Shown here: positions 1 through 14,012 of the stretch, in pieces
Numbering within the stretch: the stretch's first letter is position 1
How the letters are laid out: the number at the start of each line of letters is the position of its first letter
NCBI GenBank assembly: GCA_951406725.2
Contig: OX597817.1
Location: forward strand, 153,202,001 to 153,266,000
Reading direction: 5' to 3'
Origin: Octopus vulgaris
Lineage: Eukaryota
DNA length: 64,000 nucleotides
The notes under the pieces: model-generated
What the model saw: the letters and a program-made list of their open reading frames with translations, nothing else
Databases searched by the model: none
What the model was told of the DNA's origin: nothing
Position numbers and translations under genes: made by a program

Positions 1-539
1 ATCATCCTTTCATTAATTCTTTTCCTCTCCCCTTCGCCGTTCTCTATCTGTCACTCTCTCTCCCTCACTCTTCCTCTTTTGCACTCTCGTTGCTCGCACG
101 TGACCATCGGCTATATTTCTTTTCCTAACTTGAGTTTGTTTCCTTACGATCAGCGGCAGGGATCAGACGCATTCTTGTCTGTCTCTTGTCAAAGCTTGTA
201 CCTTCAGCGTTCACACCTCCTCTCGTTATGGCTTAGCAGGCCTTCCTGTTTGTTTCCCTGTCCTACTTTTGTTACTAACCTTGATCCTCCGCAGAAGCCA
301 AATTTTATTTAATTTGGTTTTGGGAGCCACTGTTTAGTCGAAGGGGTACCTTGTCGTGAATCGCTTGAAATACGGAGGAGAAAAACAGTCGACAACTGAT
401 GAAAGGTCGTTCTTTATGTTGCTTGTCTTGTTTTCCATTTGTTTCTTTCGTTGTTCATGTTGTTTATGTTCTATGACATCCTGTACCCATATATGCATAT
501 GTATATACATGTATATGTATGTATGTGCATATATGTATG

Positions 540-590
<51 letters not shown>

Positions 591-640
591 GTATATATAT
601 GTATGTATACATATATAAATAAGTTTTATCTATCTGTCTG

Positions 641-701
<61 letters not shown>

Positions 702-1213
702 ATATATATATATATATATATTGTATTTCGGGAGTGTCATTTTGCTTTTGCCAAAAAAACGAACGCACTATATATTCGTTCTTCACTATTCTTATTCTAA
801 CTTATCTCCATTCTCCGGGAAACTTTCGCCACACATCTGTGACCTCTTCAGTGACACTTTGCGTCTTCGTTTGTGCATCTGCTCTGCTTATTCAATTCTG
901 TTTTTCTTATATGCACTAGCCTTTGTGTATTTGTGTGTGTGTGTGTGTGTGTACATGTGTGTATATGTATGAGTGTCATGTTCTTAATAGCACTATGATC
1001 CTCCAAACAGTGCCGTCTCCGCACCACCTCCGCTCCGTTGTCGCTGCTGCTGCCCTTAGACCCAACTTTTGGTAACGTTCCTGTATCTCAGAGTATCTCA
1101 CCTGTCAAAAAAGAAAAGAAAAGACCGTTCCGAAATACAATATCTGTTTCAACGCACAGTTTGACATCGGGAATCTTACAACACAGATTCATAAACAAAT
1201 ATGTATATGTCTG

Positions 1214-1297
<84 letters not shown>

Positions 1298-1305
1298 CCT
1301 ACCTA

Positions 1306-1422
<117 letters not shown>

Positions 1423-1722
1423 GATTCAGCTGAATTAGGTACTTAAATTGAGGCATCTTGCTCGGTCGGTATAATCGGTATAATCCGCAGACCCAAACAA
1501 TATTAACTAAATATTGAATATCAAGGCCCCGTGCAGGGATGTTTGTACCTCATATTCCAGTCTTGTGTGCAATCAACGCAAACCACCTAAGTGAAGATAT
1601 GTGTTCTTGGTAATTCAGACATAACTTTTATAATTGTACTTCCTCTAGTATTTCCGAAGTGCAGATTCAAGTTAGGCGAACAGAATATGAATGAATAACA
1701 AAGATGTACAGGTGTCAATTCA

Positions 1723-2157
1723 AACAGGGACTGCCAGCAGCCACCCTCTTGACCTAGGGCAGCACTATCTTCTCCAGGCACTTGATGTAGGCCTCCGTGT
1801 TGAGTTTGAGGCCGTGTGGCAAGATGAATGGAGGCATAACGTCGCCATCGATAGTCATCAATCCAAACACCATGATGTTGACTGGATGTTTGATTTTTAT
1901 CACTCTCGGTACATGTCCTCAAATTGACACCTAAACACACTTGAATGTTCGTAATAGAGCTTCCGGCACGAATGCCAAACTGTACAGCATGTCGTTTCCA
2001 AATTTCTGACTGAGTGAATTGCGCCATGTTGCTGTTTTCCTCACAGATGGTGCCCAACTGACCATACTATACTGTGTAGTTGACAAAATCAAAAGCAAGC
2101 AATGAGCATACACGAAATTAAAAATATAAAATGGCAGGAATTTACCCATCGCGTCCT

Positions 2158-2158
<1 letters not shown>
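1723..2158 (-). mobile_element. Internally deleted Tc1/mariner-superfamily DNA transposon relic
   Basis: The minus strand gives an N-terminal piece (MAQFTQSEIWKRHAVQFGIRAG...) joined directly to a catalytic-domain piece in another frame (KHPVNIMVFGLMTIDGDVMPPFILPHGLKLNTEAYIKCLEKIVLP*VKRVAAG), typical of Tc1/mariner transposases. A TIR-like end TA|CAGGACGCGATGGG sits at 2160-2145. The other TIR is not seen. Confidence 0.75.
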
Positions 2159-2203
<45 letters not shown>

Positions 2204-2237
2204 ACACACATACACACAAACACGCACACACACACAG

Positions 2238-2270
<33 letters not shown>

Positions 2271-3450
2271 CGCACACGCACACACACACAGACACACACA
2301 CACGCACACACACAGACACACACACACGCACACACACAGACACACACACACACACACAGACACACACATATGGATGAACTATTGAGTCATACTTCCGTGT
2401 AAACTCGAAAGCTGTACTTATAATTTGGACTCGAAATTTGACTTTAGGGCGTTCAATTCATTTAGCTGAAACCTGCAGTATTATTCCTGCTTATACGCTT
2501 CCTGCACCACTGCGGTACCTTTCCATAGCTAAATAGACTTGGCCATTTGGGAATGAAATATCTTGTTGATAATGAGGATACTGTTAGTTCCAATTAGAAG
2601 ACATAGTTCACATTCCTATTCGTTATCACTTCAGTTATCTCTGAAGAACTCCATAACCAGTGCGTACGAATCTACCCATGAAAATACGTATAGGGAGTTA
2701 GAATAGGGTACAACACTGACTATTACCATTATATTAATGTGACTGTCACGGGTATTTGAACATGCAATAAGCACTGTAAACAAAATCTAAGCTCTTCCAC
2801 AATCCTAGCAATAACATCTTTTAATCTCCGAACAGGGTCTACGGAAAAAAAGAGTTATTTAGTATCGTTATCGTTATTTAATTATTATTTATTTCTTAGT
2901 ACTGTAGCATTACTCCAGAAGACGGCCCCTGACAGACATCCCAATGAACCTCGGGTAGATAAGGCACTTTAGCTCTCTAGCACATCTAAGAGAAGGTAAC
3001 TCCATACAAATCCTGCAACTTGATAACTACTGGACTTGTGGCGTTTGTTACACCAAACCATGTCCATTGTAATAATATTCATTGTGCAAGCTGTTCAACA
3101 AACCAAGACACCAGTACAAGTATTACAGAACCTTCATTTGTCGATGAGAAAGCTGGTTTAATGGACACACTTCCGTAGCATTTCAGGCAGTAGTAGTTAC
3201 TGCTTATACTCAACACGGAGCCATACTTTATCTGTATTAAGGCTCGTATTTTAATAGGAAGATGGATTGTCTGAATCGATAGCATGTCGGAAAAAAACTG
3301 CCTTGCTGTATTCGTTCCGGCTTCTTACTTTCTGAATTCTAATATCCCCGGGGCCGATAACATATATTATCGAATGCTAATAAAACTCTAGAATCTAAGG
3401 TCGAAGGTATGAATTAAACTAGTGCCTCAAAACTTCAAGCTTTATATATA

Positions 3451-4680
3451 CGAGGGGCGTTCAATAAGTAATGCCCCTAACCCACTCCCCATAGCAGTAG
3501 AGCAACGAAACTTGGCACAGTTATTAGTCTTTTTCTACATAGAAACCACCCAGAGTTACGCATTTCCCCCATTGTTTGATGCAGTTCTGGAGACCGTTCT
3601 TGTAGAAGACCCCAGCTTGTTCTTCCAACCTCAACGTGACTTCAGTAATCAAGGCCGCATCATCTGGGAAACGCTTTCCTTTCAAAAACAACTTAATGGC
3701 TGGGAAGAGGTGAAAATCAGAGAGTGCATGGGGGAGGAGTTCATAGCCGCACCCCTGTGCTTCTGATCTGGCGACACGCGAGTTGTGGACCGGAGCGTTG
3801 TCCTGCAGGAGGAGGATGCTTTGCTGATCTTGCCCCGCCTCTTGATTTTGATAGCTTCTCTTAATTTCCTCAAAAGTGAAGCATAATAGGCTCCTGTAAT
3901 TGTGGTACCTTTTGCCAGGAAATCTGTCATCACTACTTCGTCCTGATCCCAGCGGAGGGCTACACCCTTGCCTTCTTTGGAGGGGGTGAATCACGGTGCT
4001 TCCACTGCATTGACTGGGCTTTGGTCTCTGGATCATAGTGATGGACCCAGGTTTCATCCTGTGCAATTAGATTTTTGAAAAATTTTGACTCATCCTCTTG
4101 GCACATCTCCAAATTCATCCTCGAGTACTCGACGCGTTCTTGCTTCTGGAAAGGTGTGAGCAACCTGGGAATCCATCTGGCAGACACCTTTTGCATATGC
4201 AAATGGTCATGAATGATAGTTTCCACAGACCCGGTACTAATCTTGACCTCACGGGCTATTTGGCGAATAGTTATGCGTCGATCTTCCAAAATGGCAGCCT
4301 CAACTTGACAGACAGATGCCTCATCAATGGCAGAGAGGGGGCGACCAGATCTGGGAGCTGTTTCCACAGAGTTCCGACCATGTTTGAATTCACGATACCA
4401 GCGTTTTACAAGGTCATATGATGGGGCATCATCACCATAAGTTACTTTCACTTCATCAAAAGTCTCCCGTGGTGTGCGTCCTTTCAAATACAAAAACCGG
4501 ATCACTGCTCAACACTCAACAGGCTCCATTTCAGACTTGACTCAGTTCAAACACCTGTAAATCAGAAACCACAATTAGTTCAGAGCTGTAATTTGCAACC
4601 TAATCTATAGAGATATAAGTAATTGCACATGCAAAATTTCTGCATGTGGGTCAGAGGCATTACTTATTGAACGCCCCTCG
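3451..4680 (-). mobile_element. Full-length mariner element (1230 bp), inactive
   Basis: Perfect 25-bp TIRs CGAGGGGCGTTCAATAAGTAATGCC (3451-3475 and 4656-4680), with a TA duplication on both sides and an internal transposase. Confidence 0.97.
3524..4529 (-). pseudogene. mariner DDD transposase pseudogene
   Basis: ATG at 4529 with an in-frame TGA at codon 7. HTH region, WIPRLL, DETW and QDNAPVH are present. The YSPDLAP motif is deleted (PHALSDFHLF). The frame is split across ORFs 3960-4505, 3682-3933 and 3524-4066. Confidence 0.95.
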
Positions 4681-4915
4681 TAAATAAGAATCGAAAGCAA
4701 CGAAATGATAGAATCGATAGAAGGTCGGGAAAATAGCAGCCGGTATTTCTTGATCCTCTTCACGTTTCGAGCTCAAACTCTGCCAGGTTTCAAATTTATC
4801 TTTCATTCTTTCGGAGTGGATAAAATAAAGTACCAGTCAAGTAAGTACTCGAGTCAATGGAATGGACGAATTACCGCCTCCTAAAATTGCTGGCCTTATG
4901 CTTAAACAGGAAACG

Positions 4916-5006
<91 letters not shown>

Positions 5007-6192
5007 TGTCGATGGTAAAGGTTACACAGGACAGTATAATCCAAAATTTATAAAAAGAAATACTCGGATTGGGACGTTTTAACAATTCCTGAGTCTAACC
5101 CCAAATTGAAGTCAAGAATTGAGCTCAAATGTTAAAGATAACAATTTGTTCGAGGAGTTGACCTCAGGCGTTGATCATTGTACTTAAACGTAGAAAATGA
5201 ACCGAGGAGTTAAACATGCAAATCTATAATAGTAGTAGTAATGGTGGTCGTAGTAGTAGTAGTAGTAAAAGGCAAGGGGACAAATCTCTCTAGCTGGAAT
5301 TAGGCACCGCACTGATGTTCACTGTAAACAAGAGCAACACTGTGCCGTTATAAAAAAAAACTTCTGAATTCATCACGATGACCACCACGACAACCACGAT
5401 GACGACGACGACGACGACCACCACCACCACCACCACTGCATCATTACTACATCCCACACTCTTATAAATGCAACTGTTTACACCACTAAAGGTCGAATTG
5501 ACATGATTTTGGGACCTTTAACCAAAAGGTTTACTCAATGAGGGCTTTCATCTGCCTGACCTGGGGCTGAACTGCAACAGCAACTACAACAGCAAAAACG
5601 ACGAGGACAACAACAACAACTTGAAAGCAACAATACATTTTTGTCATCTAAATATTTACGTCCCTCCCCCAATAAATACACCGCTTCACCACCTCCATCT
5701 GCAACACCAATTGGAACCAATACCGACGCCACCACCGCCAACTCTTCAAATAAACCGACCGTGAAATTCAGATAATTAACAAGTATTTCTTATTTTCCCA
5801 GACAATTCCGTTTGTTATTTCCGGAATTCGGTGTTCAATCACCCAGCATGCATTACACAGGAAGTACCAATCACCCAGCATGCTGTACACCGGAAGTAAC
5901 AACCCCCGCAAATCTATTAATCTATAACGTTCTGGTATTTAACACGAAACAATCGGAGAGGAACTTCCGAAATTATAACTCTATTGTCACACTCCCTCCC
6001 TACATGCACATACAGGTACGCACACATGCAGGCACTCAAACACACACACATATATAGATATATAGAAACATATCCAAACACACATACTTGCATACACATC
6101 AATACACCTTTATAAGTTCATGTATATATATGCACACACCTATGTATACGCACATGTAAGGATATTAGACAGATCGATATATGAAGTATATT

Positions 6193-6579
6193 TGTTTCTA
6201 TTCTAAGCACAAGGCCCGAAATTTTGGGGGAGGGGGAAGTCAATTATATCAACCCCAGTACACAACTGGTACTTACTTTATCGACCCCAAAAGGATGAAA
6301 GGCAAAGTCGACCTCGGCAGAATTTGAACTCGAAACGTAAAGAGAGACGAAATACCTATTTATTTACTACCGACAAGGGGATAAACACAGAGAGGACAAA
6401 CAAGGACAGAAAAACGGATTAAGTCGATTATATCGACCCCAGTGCGTAACTGGTACTTATTTAATCGACCACGAAAGGATGAAAGGCAAAGTCGACCTTG
6501 GCGGAATTTCGTAACGGCAGACGAAATACCGCTAAGTATTTCGCCTAGCATGCTAACGTTTCTGCCAGCTCGCTGCCTT
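6193..6579 (-). mobile_element. Dimeric tRNA-derived SINE (family A)
   Basis: Reverse complement of the head GGCAGCGAGCTGGCAGAAACG plus two copies of the block GTCGACTTTGCCTTTCATCCTTT. Imperfect 16-bp TSD at 6177-6192 and 6580-6595. Confidence 0.88.
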
Positions 6580-7099
6580 ATATACAAAGTATATTAAAAA
6601 TATGAAATACAAAACATGTATATATATATTCATGTATATATACATACATACATATATATATATTTAATATACTTTATTGCATATATACATATTTTGTATT
6701 TCATGTATTTAATACACTTTATATATTGATCTGTCTAACTTGCTTATCGCTATATTTACTTCTATACCCGCTCATGTTTGAATATTTTGAGCAGTACTAA
6801 GTATATTCTATACGGAGAGCATTTAGTTTTCATCTATGAATTATATGTATACGTATAAATACACACACACTCATATAGGTTGAAGCAAAACTCATATGTA
6901 CATCTTTATACACACACATACAGTAATTCAAGCACGTCTCACATATGCTGAAAATATGGCAGTCCTACATATATACATGCATGCATGTATATATATTGCT
7001 GCTGCTACAGCTACAGATGAAAATGATGGTCCTCCGTCGGTTTCAACGATGAAGTTCAGTTGAATTAACTGTCCGTTGAATTAGCATGTGACTTAGTAT

Positions 7100-7310
7100 T
7101 CCTTTTCTACTCTAGGCACAAGGGCCGAAATTTTGGGGGAGGAGCCAGTCGATTAGATCGACCCAGTACGCAAATGGTACCTAATTTATCGACTCCGAAA
7201 GGATGAAAGGCAAAGTCGGCCTCGGTGGAATTTGAACTCAGAACGTAAAGACAGACGAAACACCGCTAAACATTTCACCCGGCGTCCTAACGTTTCTGCC
7301 AGCTCAACGC
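7100..7310 (-). mobile_element. SINE family A monomer
   Basis: Same head, B-box-like GAGTTCAAATTCC, central block and GGCCCTTGTGCCTAGAGTAGAAAAG tail as the other copies. Confidence 0.85.
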
Positions 7311-8191
7311 ATTGCGACTACACAAGCTCATATATCTTTAACGTATTTTTTAGATAGATTCAGTGTAGCGAAGTGTATGACAAGCATCTACGTTTGAATT
7401 ACTTTTGTAATCCATACAATGGGCTGCTATACAGTTTCCTTTACACCTGTTTCACACAAAAAGTACATGTCGTGTAAGCTCCTTGTCTATCTATCATATG
7501 CATACTTAGAAGAGGAATCTCGTGCTGCTAAGCGCCATTTGTTAATATAGGCCTCAGTTGATTAAGTTATCTGAGCAGATACACAAAAGGTAAGATTAGA
7601 GACGGAAGGAAGCCACCAAAAATGGAGCTGATTTTTAACTTGGCTCAGCCCTGGATATCGGCAGGATCGAGAGATCCGTTAAGAACGAGGAAATTAGACT
7701 GAGAGCGAAAGATTTTGGTGTATTACTCATTAAATCGAGTTTAGCCATAAAGCCATAAAATGATGTTAAACTATTTAGTATCAAAGTATGGAAGATAAAA
7801 GAGGACAGAGACTTCAGTGAAATATTCACTTTCTCAACGGAGAGAGGAAATTTAAATTCTATAATTAAATCAAGGTGTTTGGCCTGTATGAATTACAGTA
7901 GAAATAAGAAAGCTGTAACGTTTCTTCTTGAGGATTTTACAGTTCTTGATTGCGCATCCATTTTGCATGGGTTATATGAAGTGTTTCCTAGGTCAAACAA
8001 ACCCAAGCTATGTGTTAGGTAGACTCTGGCGCACGTTATAGATACAGGTTGAATAGTGTGATTTGCATTACTGTATATATTCTCTATTTGCAACGGATAT
8101 ATGGCGTCTTATAGTTGCTATGATAAAATAATAAATACCTACTCTGTCTAATATAGCTAAGAAGCAATAAGAAGCAATATTGTATCCGCTG

Positions 8192-8790
8192 AAGGCGGCG
8201 AGCTGGCAGAAATGTTAGCACGCCGGACGATATGCTTAGGAGTATTTCGTCTGTTTTTACATTCTGAGTTCAAATTCTGCCAACGTCGACTTTGTCTTTC
8301 ATCCTTTCGGGGTCTATAAATTAAGTATCAGCTGCGTACTGGGGTCGATCTAAAATTTCTGGCCCTGTGCCTAGAGTAGAAAAGTATATTTTAAGGCGGC
8401 GAGCTGGAAGAAACGTTGGCACGCCGGGCGAAATGCGTAGCCGTATTTCGTCTGCCGTTACGTTCTGAGTTGAAATTTCGCCAAGGTCGATTTTGCCTTT
8501 CATCATTTCGGGGTCAATAAATTAAGTACCAGTTACGCACTGGGGTCGATGTAATCGACTTAATCCGTTGGTCTGTCCTTGTTTGTCACCTCTGTGTTTA
8601 GCCCCTTGTGGGTAGTAAAGAAATAGGTATTTCATCTGTCTTTACGTTTTGAGTTCAAATTCTGCCGGGGTCGACTTTGCCTTTCATCCTTTCGGGGTTG
8701 ATAAATTAAGTGTCAGGTGCGTACTGAGGTCGATCTAAGCGACTGACTCTCTCCACCAAAATTCCGGGCCTTGTGCCTAGAGTAGAAAAG
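8192..8790 (+). mobile_element. SINE family A cluster (monomer + dimer)
   Basis: Two GGCGGCGAGCTGG heads (~8194, ~8395) and three central blocks. AATATTGTAT direct repeat at 8176-8185 and 8791-8800. Confidence 0.88.
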
Positions 8791-9409
8791 AATATTGTAT
8801 GAATTCTAGGTTGACAATAATAAAACTGTTTTAGAAAGGAAACCAGTCTCGATCAATGAAATTACGTGATGTTCGGTTAGAAAATTCGTTTCACTGCGCC
8901 AGTGATCGAAAAATTGGAGTAGATCAAGAAATTCAGCATTTCTTCAATTAGATTATTATAGCATATCACACCGACTGCTGCCAATCGGAGAGTCATACTG
9001 ATTGCACTAATCAAGATAAGGGAAAGGAGACGAGGCATAGAAAATGTACATTATAGAAGATTAAGATTTCAAGGATATATTCCAGGGATATATACGAGGC
9101 AAGACAGTGGAAATACTTTTATTTTTCCCGTAGAAGGAGATTTCCGGGGGTTTTATTAATTTATCAACGATATCAAAGTTCATTTTTATGGGGTCCTCAC
9201 CCGGAAAGAGCGCAGTAGTATTATTCACTAGCATTAAAGGAAAGAGAACTCAATCCGCAGTAGGTCTGGAGAAATTAATTCTTTAGCCTCATGTTACCCT
9301 TAATCCAGAAAATTGAACATCAAAAACATTGGAGTGGTAATTATTATGTATGAATGTTTTGTGGATATCAAAAACTACATTCTTTGTGGAACTACACAAT
9401 TACCTTACT

Positions 9410-9495
9410 TTCCTTACTTAAGACCTTTCCTTACTTAAGACCTTTCCTTACTTAAGACCTTTCCTTAATTAAGACATTTCCTTACTTAAGACCTT
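9410..9495. repeat. 17-bp minisatellite, ~5 copies
   Basis: (TTCCTTACTTAAGACCT)n. Confidence 0.9.
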
Positions 9496-9528
9496 ATTGC
9501 CTCATGTGTCTCGTTCTCACTTAAGACA

Positions 9529-9840
9529 GTAGAGTGGGATTTGAGGAAGATTTAGCTGAGATTTTGGCTAAGTCAGTTACCACATAGATGGCATCTGTCT
9601 GATTCATTGTAGAGTGGGATTTAGCTGAGATTTTGGCTAAGTCAGTTACCACATAGATGGCATCTGTCTGATTCATTGTAGAGTGGGATTTGAGGAAGAT
9701 TTAGCTGAGATTTTGGCTAAGTCAGTTACCACATAGATGGCATCTGTCTGATTCATTGTAGAGTGGGATTTGAGGAAGATTTAGCTGAGATTTTGGCTAA
9801 GTCAGTCACCACGTAGATGGCATCTGTCTGATTCATTGTA
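9529..9840. repeat. 80-bp tandem repeat, 4 copies
   Basis: Units start at 9529, 9609, 9678 and 9758 (GTAGAGTGGGATTTGAGGAAG...GATTCATT). The second copy lacks 11 bp. Confidence 0.95.
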
Positions 9841-10122
9841 TTAAGGTATTCCTAAAGAGTGCAGGAAAAAAAATAAACTGTTGAAATGTTTTGTTTTTTA
9901 AATTTCGTAACTTTTCATTACTGTTCCTGAGGTAGTACAGATATGAATGCATGACTTGTGGCACGCCTCAAACTCTCAGAGCCACTCTTACTCATAGACA
10001 GCGTGATACTGTCGGAAAGTATGGATATTACAAATATATCGGTCAAACAGCTTGCACTTGACAGCCACTGATGTTAATATCGCACGTCAGTAGATTTTTT
10101 GGAAGATATGTAATATATGCAG

Positions 10123-10190
<68 letters not shown>

Positions 10191-10195
10191 AATCA

Positions 10196-10239
<44 letters not shown>

Positions 10240-10348
10240 GTCTGTCTGTCTGTCTGTCCGTCTGTCTAGATGTATATATATACATATACACAGACAGACA
10301 CGTTGGCGTGCGCGTGCACACAAAAACACACGCACACACATATATATG

Positions 10349-10394
<46 letters not shown>

Positions 10395-10943
10395 CTTGGG
10401 TGTGTGTAATTTAAATACATATATATATATATATATATATATATGCAGAGAGAGAGAAAGAGAGAGAGAGAGAGAGTGTGTGTGTGTTAAATATACATAA
10501 ACACATGTATAAGTAGATACACACACAGACACACACACAAACACACACATACACAGGCATTTACAGATATAGAAATACATAGATGCACAGATAAATAACA
10601 AAGGTGTGAGCAATATATGAGAATAAGTGCATAAACGCTACTCCTCCGTCGTTCTTTAATTATGTTCTCATATGTGGAACAGGTTTACACTTCTCATATA
10701 AGAGACAGGAAAATACATCCACTCATATATAACGAGACATTCATAAAATGTACACGATTTTCGTCTTTTACATTGTTTATTCTTTAGATGTCGCAGTAAT
10801 GACGTCAGCCCTACGTCATCGATCGTCGCCATTTTTGTTGATATTTCTGTCTGTATTTTATGTTCTGTCTTGATTGAGCTTTTAAAATCTCCGTCTTCTT
10901 TCTCTTGTTTTGCTTTAAATCTTCTTTATTTTAATGTTCTACC

Positions 10944-10944
<1 letters not shown>

Positions 10945-10998
<54 letters not shown>

Positions 10999-11018
10999 TA
11001 ATAATAATGATGATGATG

Positions 11019-11067
<49 letters not shown>

Positions 11068-11075
11068 TGATGATG

Positions 11076-11130
<55 letters not shown>

Positions 11131-11157
11131 TAATAATAATAATAATGGTAATAATAA

Positions 11158-11199
<42 letters not shown>

Positions 11200-11219
11200 T
11201 AATAATAATGATGATGATG

Positions 11220-11292
<73 letters not shown>

Positions 11293-11320
11293 TGATGATG
11301 ATGATGATGATGATAATGAT
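10945..11320. repeat. (AAT)n/(GAT)n microsatellite
   Basis: Directly visible. Confidence 0.95.
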
Positions 11321-12149
11321 TTATTTTAGATTTCTTTTAGTAATTTAATTCTTTCTAATTTTGTCACAAGACTGGTTACTTTGTTTTATCGCCCCCTGGG
11401 GGGTGAGGGTGGGGGTGAAAGGCAAAGTTGATTCTCCACCCTGCGGAATTTGAACACAGAATGTAAAGAACCAGAAGAAATACGTCAGATCCTCAAAACT
11501 CTTGTTAGAATCTCTTGCTAATCGCAAGACGATGAAATGGCGCTGTTAAATGCTGTGGTTACTATGACAGGAAAAAGAACAGACGATCTGGTCCATAGCT
11601 TCTACGACTGGGTACAAGAGGATGAGGAGATCGGGGATCGATAGCCCGCCGCTTTTATCTTTGTGCTTCCCCAGATATTCAAAGAAAATAAGCCCTGAAA
11701 TGCCTCTTACTGCCACAGATAGAACAACATTGCTTCTTAGCATATCTCATCGGTTTCACAGCTTTTCTTTCTACTACAAATGGCATAGATACGAGAGGAC
11801 CCTTTAATTTGAAGCTGTCGTTAAGACTTGTAAGGCCATCTTGCATTCCAATCTGTCACAGAGTTATTTCGCCACCTCTGTGCCGATTACTCACCCTCAC
11901 TTCAATAAATAAGTGACTATAAACCAGAGTCCAGTGACATGGTCAGTACTGCTGACGTTTACATCTGCCTTCTTTTTTTTTCTGGTTTGGCCTAAGTATT
12001 GAAGAAGAAACATAGGAGCGGGTGTTTACCTCACAATTTCTGCTTGCCTTCAGTTCTAAATATAAAGGCGGCAATGTCGTAAACCTTACCACATCGAATA
12101 GTAATTATTTCTTCTCCACCTTCAGTTGTATTTCATGGCCGCTTTCAGT

Positions 12150-13320
12150 GCTTAGATAAACTTAGATAAACTTAGATATGTTTCAACCAGAGATTGGTCC
12201 AGGCCATGTCTAACTTAATAGCACCACCTGATAGGATTATTCGAATCCTGTTTAAGTCAAGTTTTGTTCAAGTAGTGAGTTCTTGTTGGGTGAGTTGTAT
12301 CCAGTTTTGTTCAAGTAGTGAGTTCTTGTTGGGTGAGTTGTATCCAATTATGGGTGGCTTATCTGGTATTCTTTGAAGGAATCTATCCAGACTCTGTTTG
12401 AAGTTGATGGGATCCTTTTCCTCTTTGATCTCCCTCGGGACAATGTTAAATAGGGAAGGGCCTGTTGAGGAAAAGAAATTATGTTGCAGTGTACATGTAT
12501 GTTGTGATCTTGAATTGGGAAGGGGACGTATAGCCCGTGGTCCAAGTCTTGGATGAACCTTGAAGCTAATGTTTAGTTCGTTTGGGCAAAGTTGGCGGTA
12601 TATTTTCCACATCGTACAAATGATGTACCGCTCACGGCGACGCTGGAGGGAGTAAAGTTTCAAGGCTTTAAGGCGATCCCAATAATCGAGAGCAGCCATG
12701 CCTTCAATTTGTTTAGTGAGAGCCCTCTGGGGTGACTCAATTCTGGAGATGTTTTGTCTTGTGTGAGAAGACCACAGTGGGCAGCAGTATTCAAGGTGTG
12801 GCCGTACAAAGGAGGAAAAAAGTGGTTTGATGACACCTTGTTCTCTGGACCGGAAAGTTCTTAAGAACCAGGAACTCATCCTACGAGCTATATCGACCTT
12901 CTTGTTGATGTGTGCACTCCAACTGAGATCGTCATCAAAAATTACACCCAGGTCTCTGATATTGTTAGAGGCTGTGAGCGGTTCCCCTGAAGGAGGAGAG
13001 TATGGTTGTTTTAGTGAGGAATTTCTTCCAAAATGCATCAGCTCAAATTTTCCCTCATTCAGCTGCATTTTGTTTCTGTCTGCCCATTGACTCACAACAT
13101 ATAGATCAGACTGGAGTTGAGTTCGGTCTGCTTCTTCATTGACGATTTGCTGGAGCTTAGTGTCATCAGCGAATATTTTCACTTTGCAGTGATGTACGAC
13201 ACTGGAAAGGTCGTTTACGTAAATTATGAAGAGTAGCGGACCCAAAACAGTTCCCTGGGGAACACCGCTGGTGACTTTTGCTGGGTTTGAGTGGACTCCA
13301 TCAACTACAACGTGCTGCTT
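12150..13320 (-). mobile_element. 5'-truncated CR1/L2-group (Crack/Daphne-like) LINE: RT C-terminal half + 3' UTR
   Basis: ORF 12268-13434 contains SGVPQGTVLGPLLF, FADDTK, RDLGV, VRPHLEY and SLQRRR without stops. RT homology starts near 13320. The 3' end has a short tandem tail (TATCTAAGTT)n at ~12151-12180. The exact clade is not resolved. Confidence 0.9.
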
Positions 13321-14012
13321 TGAAAACAATTGAAAAACCTTCGCAATTTTTAGTATGTAGTAAAAATGGGAAAATTTTCTTGTAGCTAATTCTTGAATGT
13401 ACTTTGGAAGTAAAGAAAGACTGCGGTTTGACATGATTTTACCATTATCGATTTAACCTCTTAACATACATTTTTTCAATTTCCATACAAAAAGAATCGT
13501 ATTTTTTATTATTTATTATGAATCTGTATATAAAGAAGAATAAGTACATAGATTATTTTAGATCATTTATGACTTATTATGAAGTTACTGATAGAAATGA
13601 TAGTTACAGATAGTTAATGATAGAAAACGGGAATAACATCCTGAACGAAGTATATTGGGTTAGAAATAAGTGACAGATACGTCAGAGTAGAGTGAACGTA
13701 TATTTTCGTTTATATATTTGCTAGACATCTCTGAACGAAAATACACGGGATTATTAAGAGGTGAAGACATTCTTTACACTTATATTTTTCCTTGATATAT
13801 ATATACATGGGCAAATGTGTATCTAGCTACAAACAATGTCACCTACATTTTATGCGGGAGTTTTATAATGATCACGCAAAGATTTTGTTATTTTTCGGTT
13901 TCTTAATTTCTTTGCGTATCTGCATTATCCATTTTCTATTTTCTTCGTGCTTTAAAACGTTCTTCGTTCGTTATCGCTTCAAGGTAGGACACCGAGCTGA
14001 CAGAAACATTTA

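Noticed and set aside
360-410. CTGATGA near 396 with GAAA upstream, possible hammerhead
   Set aside because: I could not build stems II and III convincingly.
9529-9840. Possible CRISPR-like array
   Set aside because: Whole units are identical with no unique spacers, no cas genes are present, and the context is eukaryotic.
11546-11743. KSGGLSIPDL resembling a LINE RT C-terminal GGLG.P motif
   Set aside because: A single short motif without supporting neighbours.
13321-13434. N-terminal 38 codons of the 388-aa ORF
   Set aside because: AT-rich flank that is in frame by chance. RT homology starts only at the truncation point.
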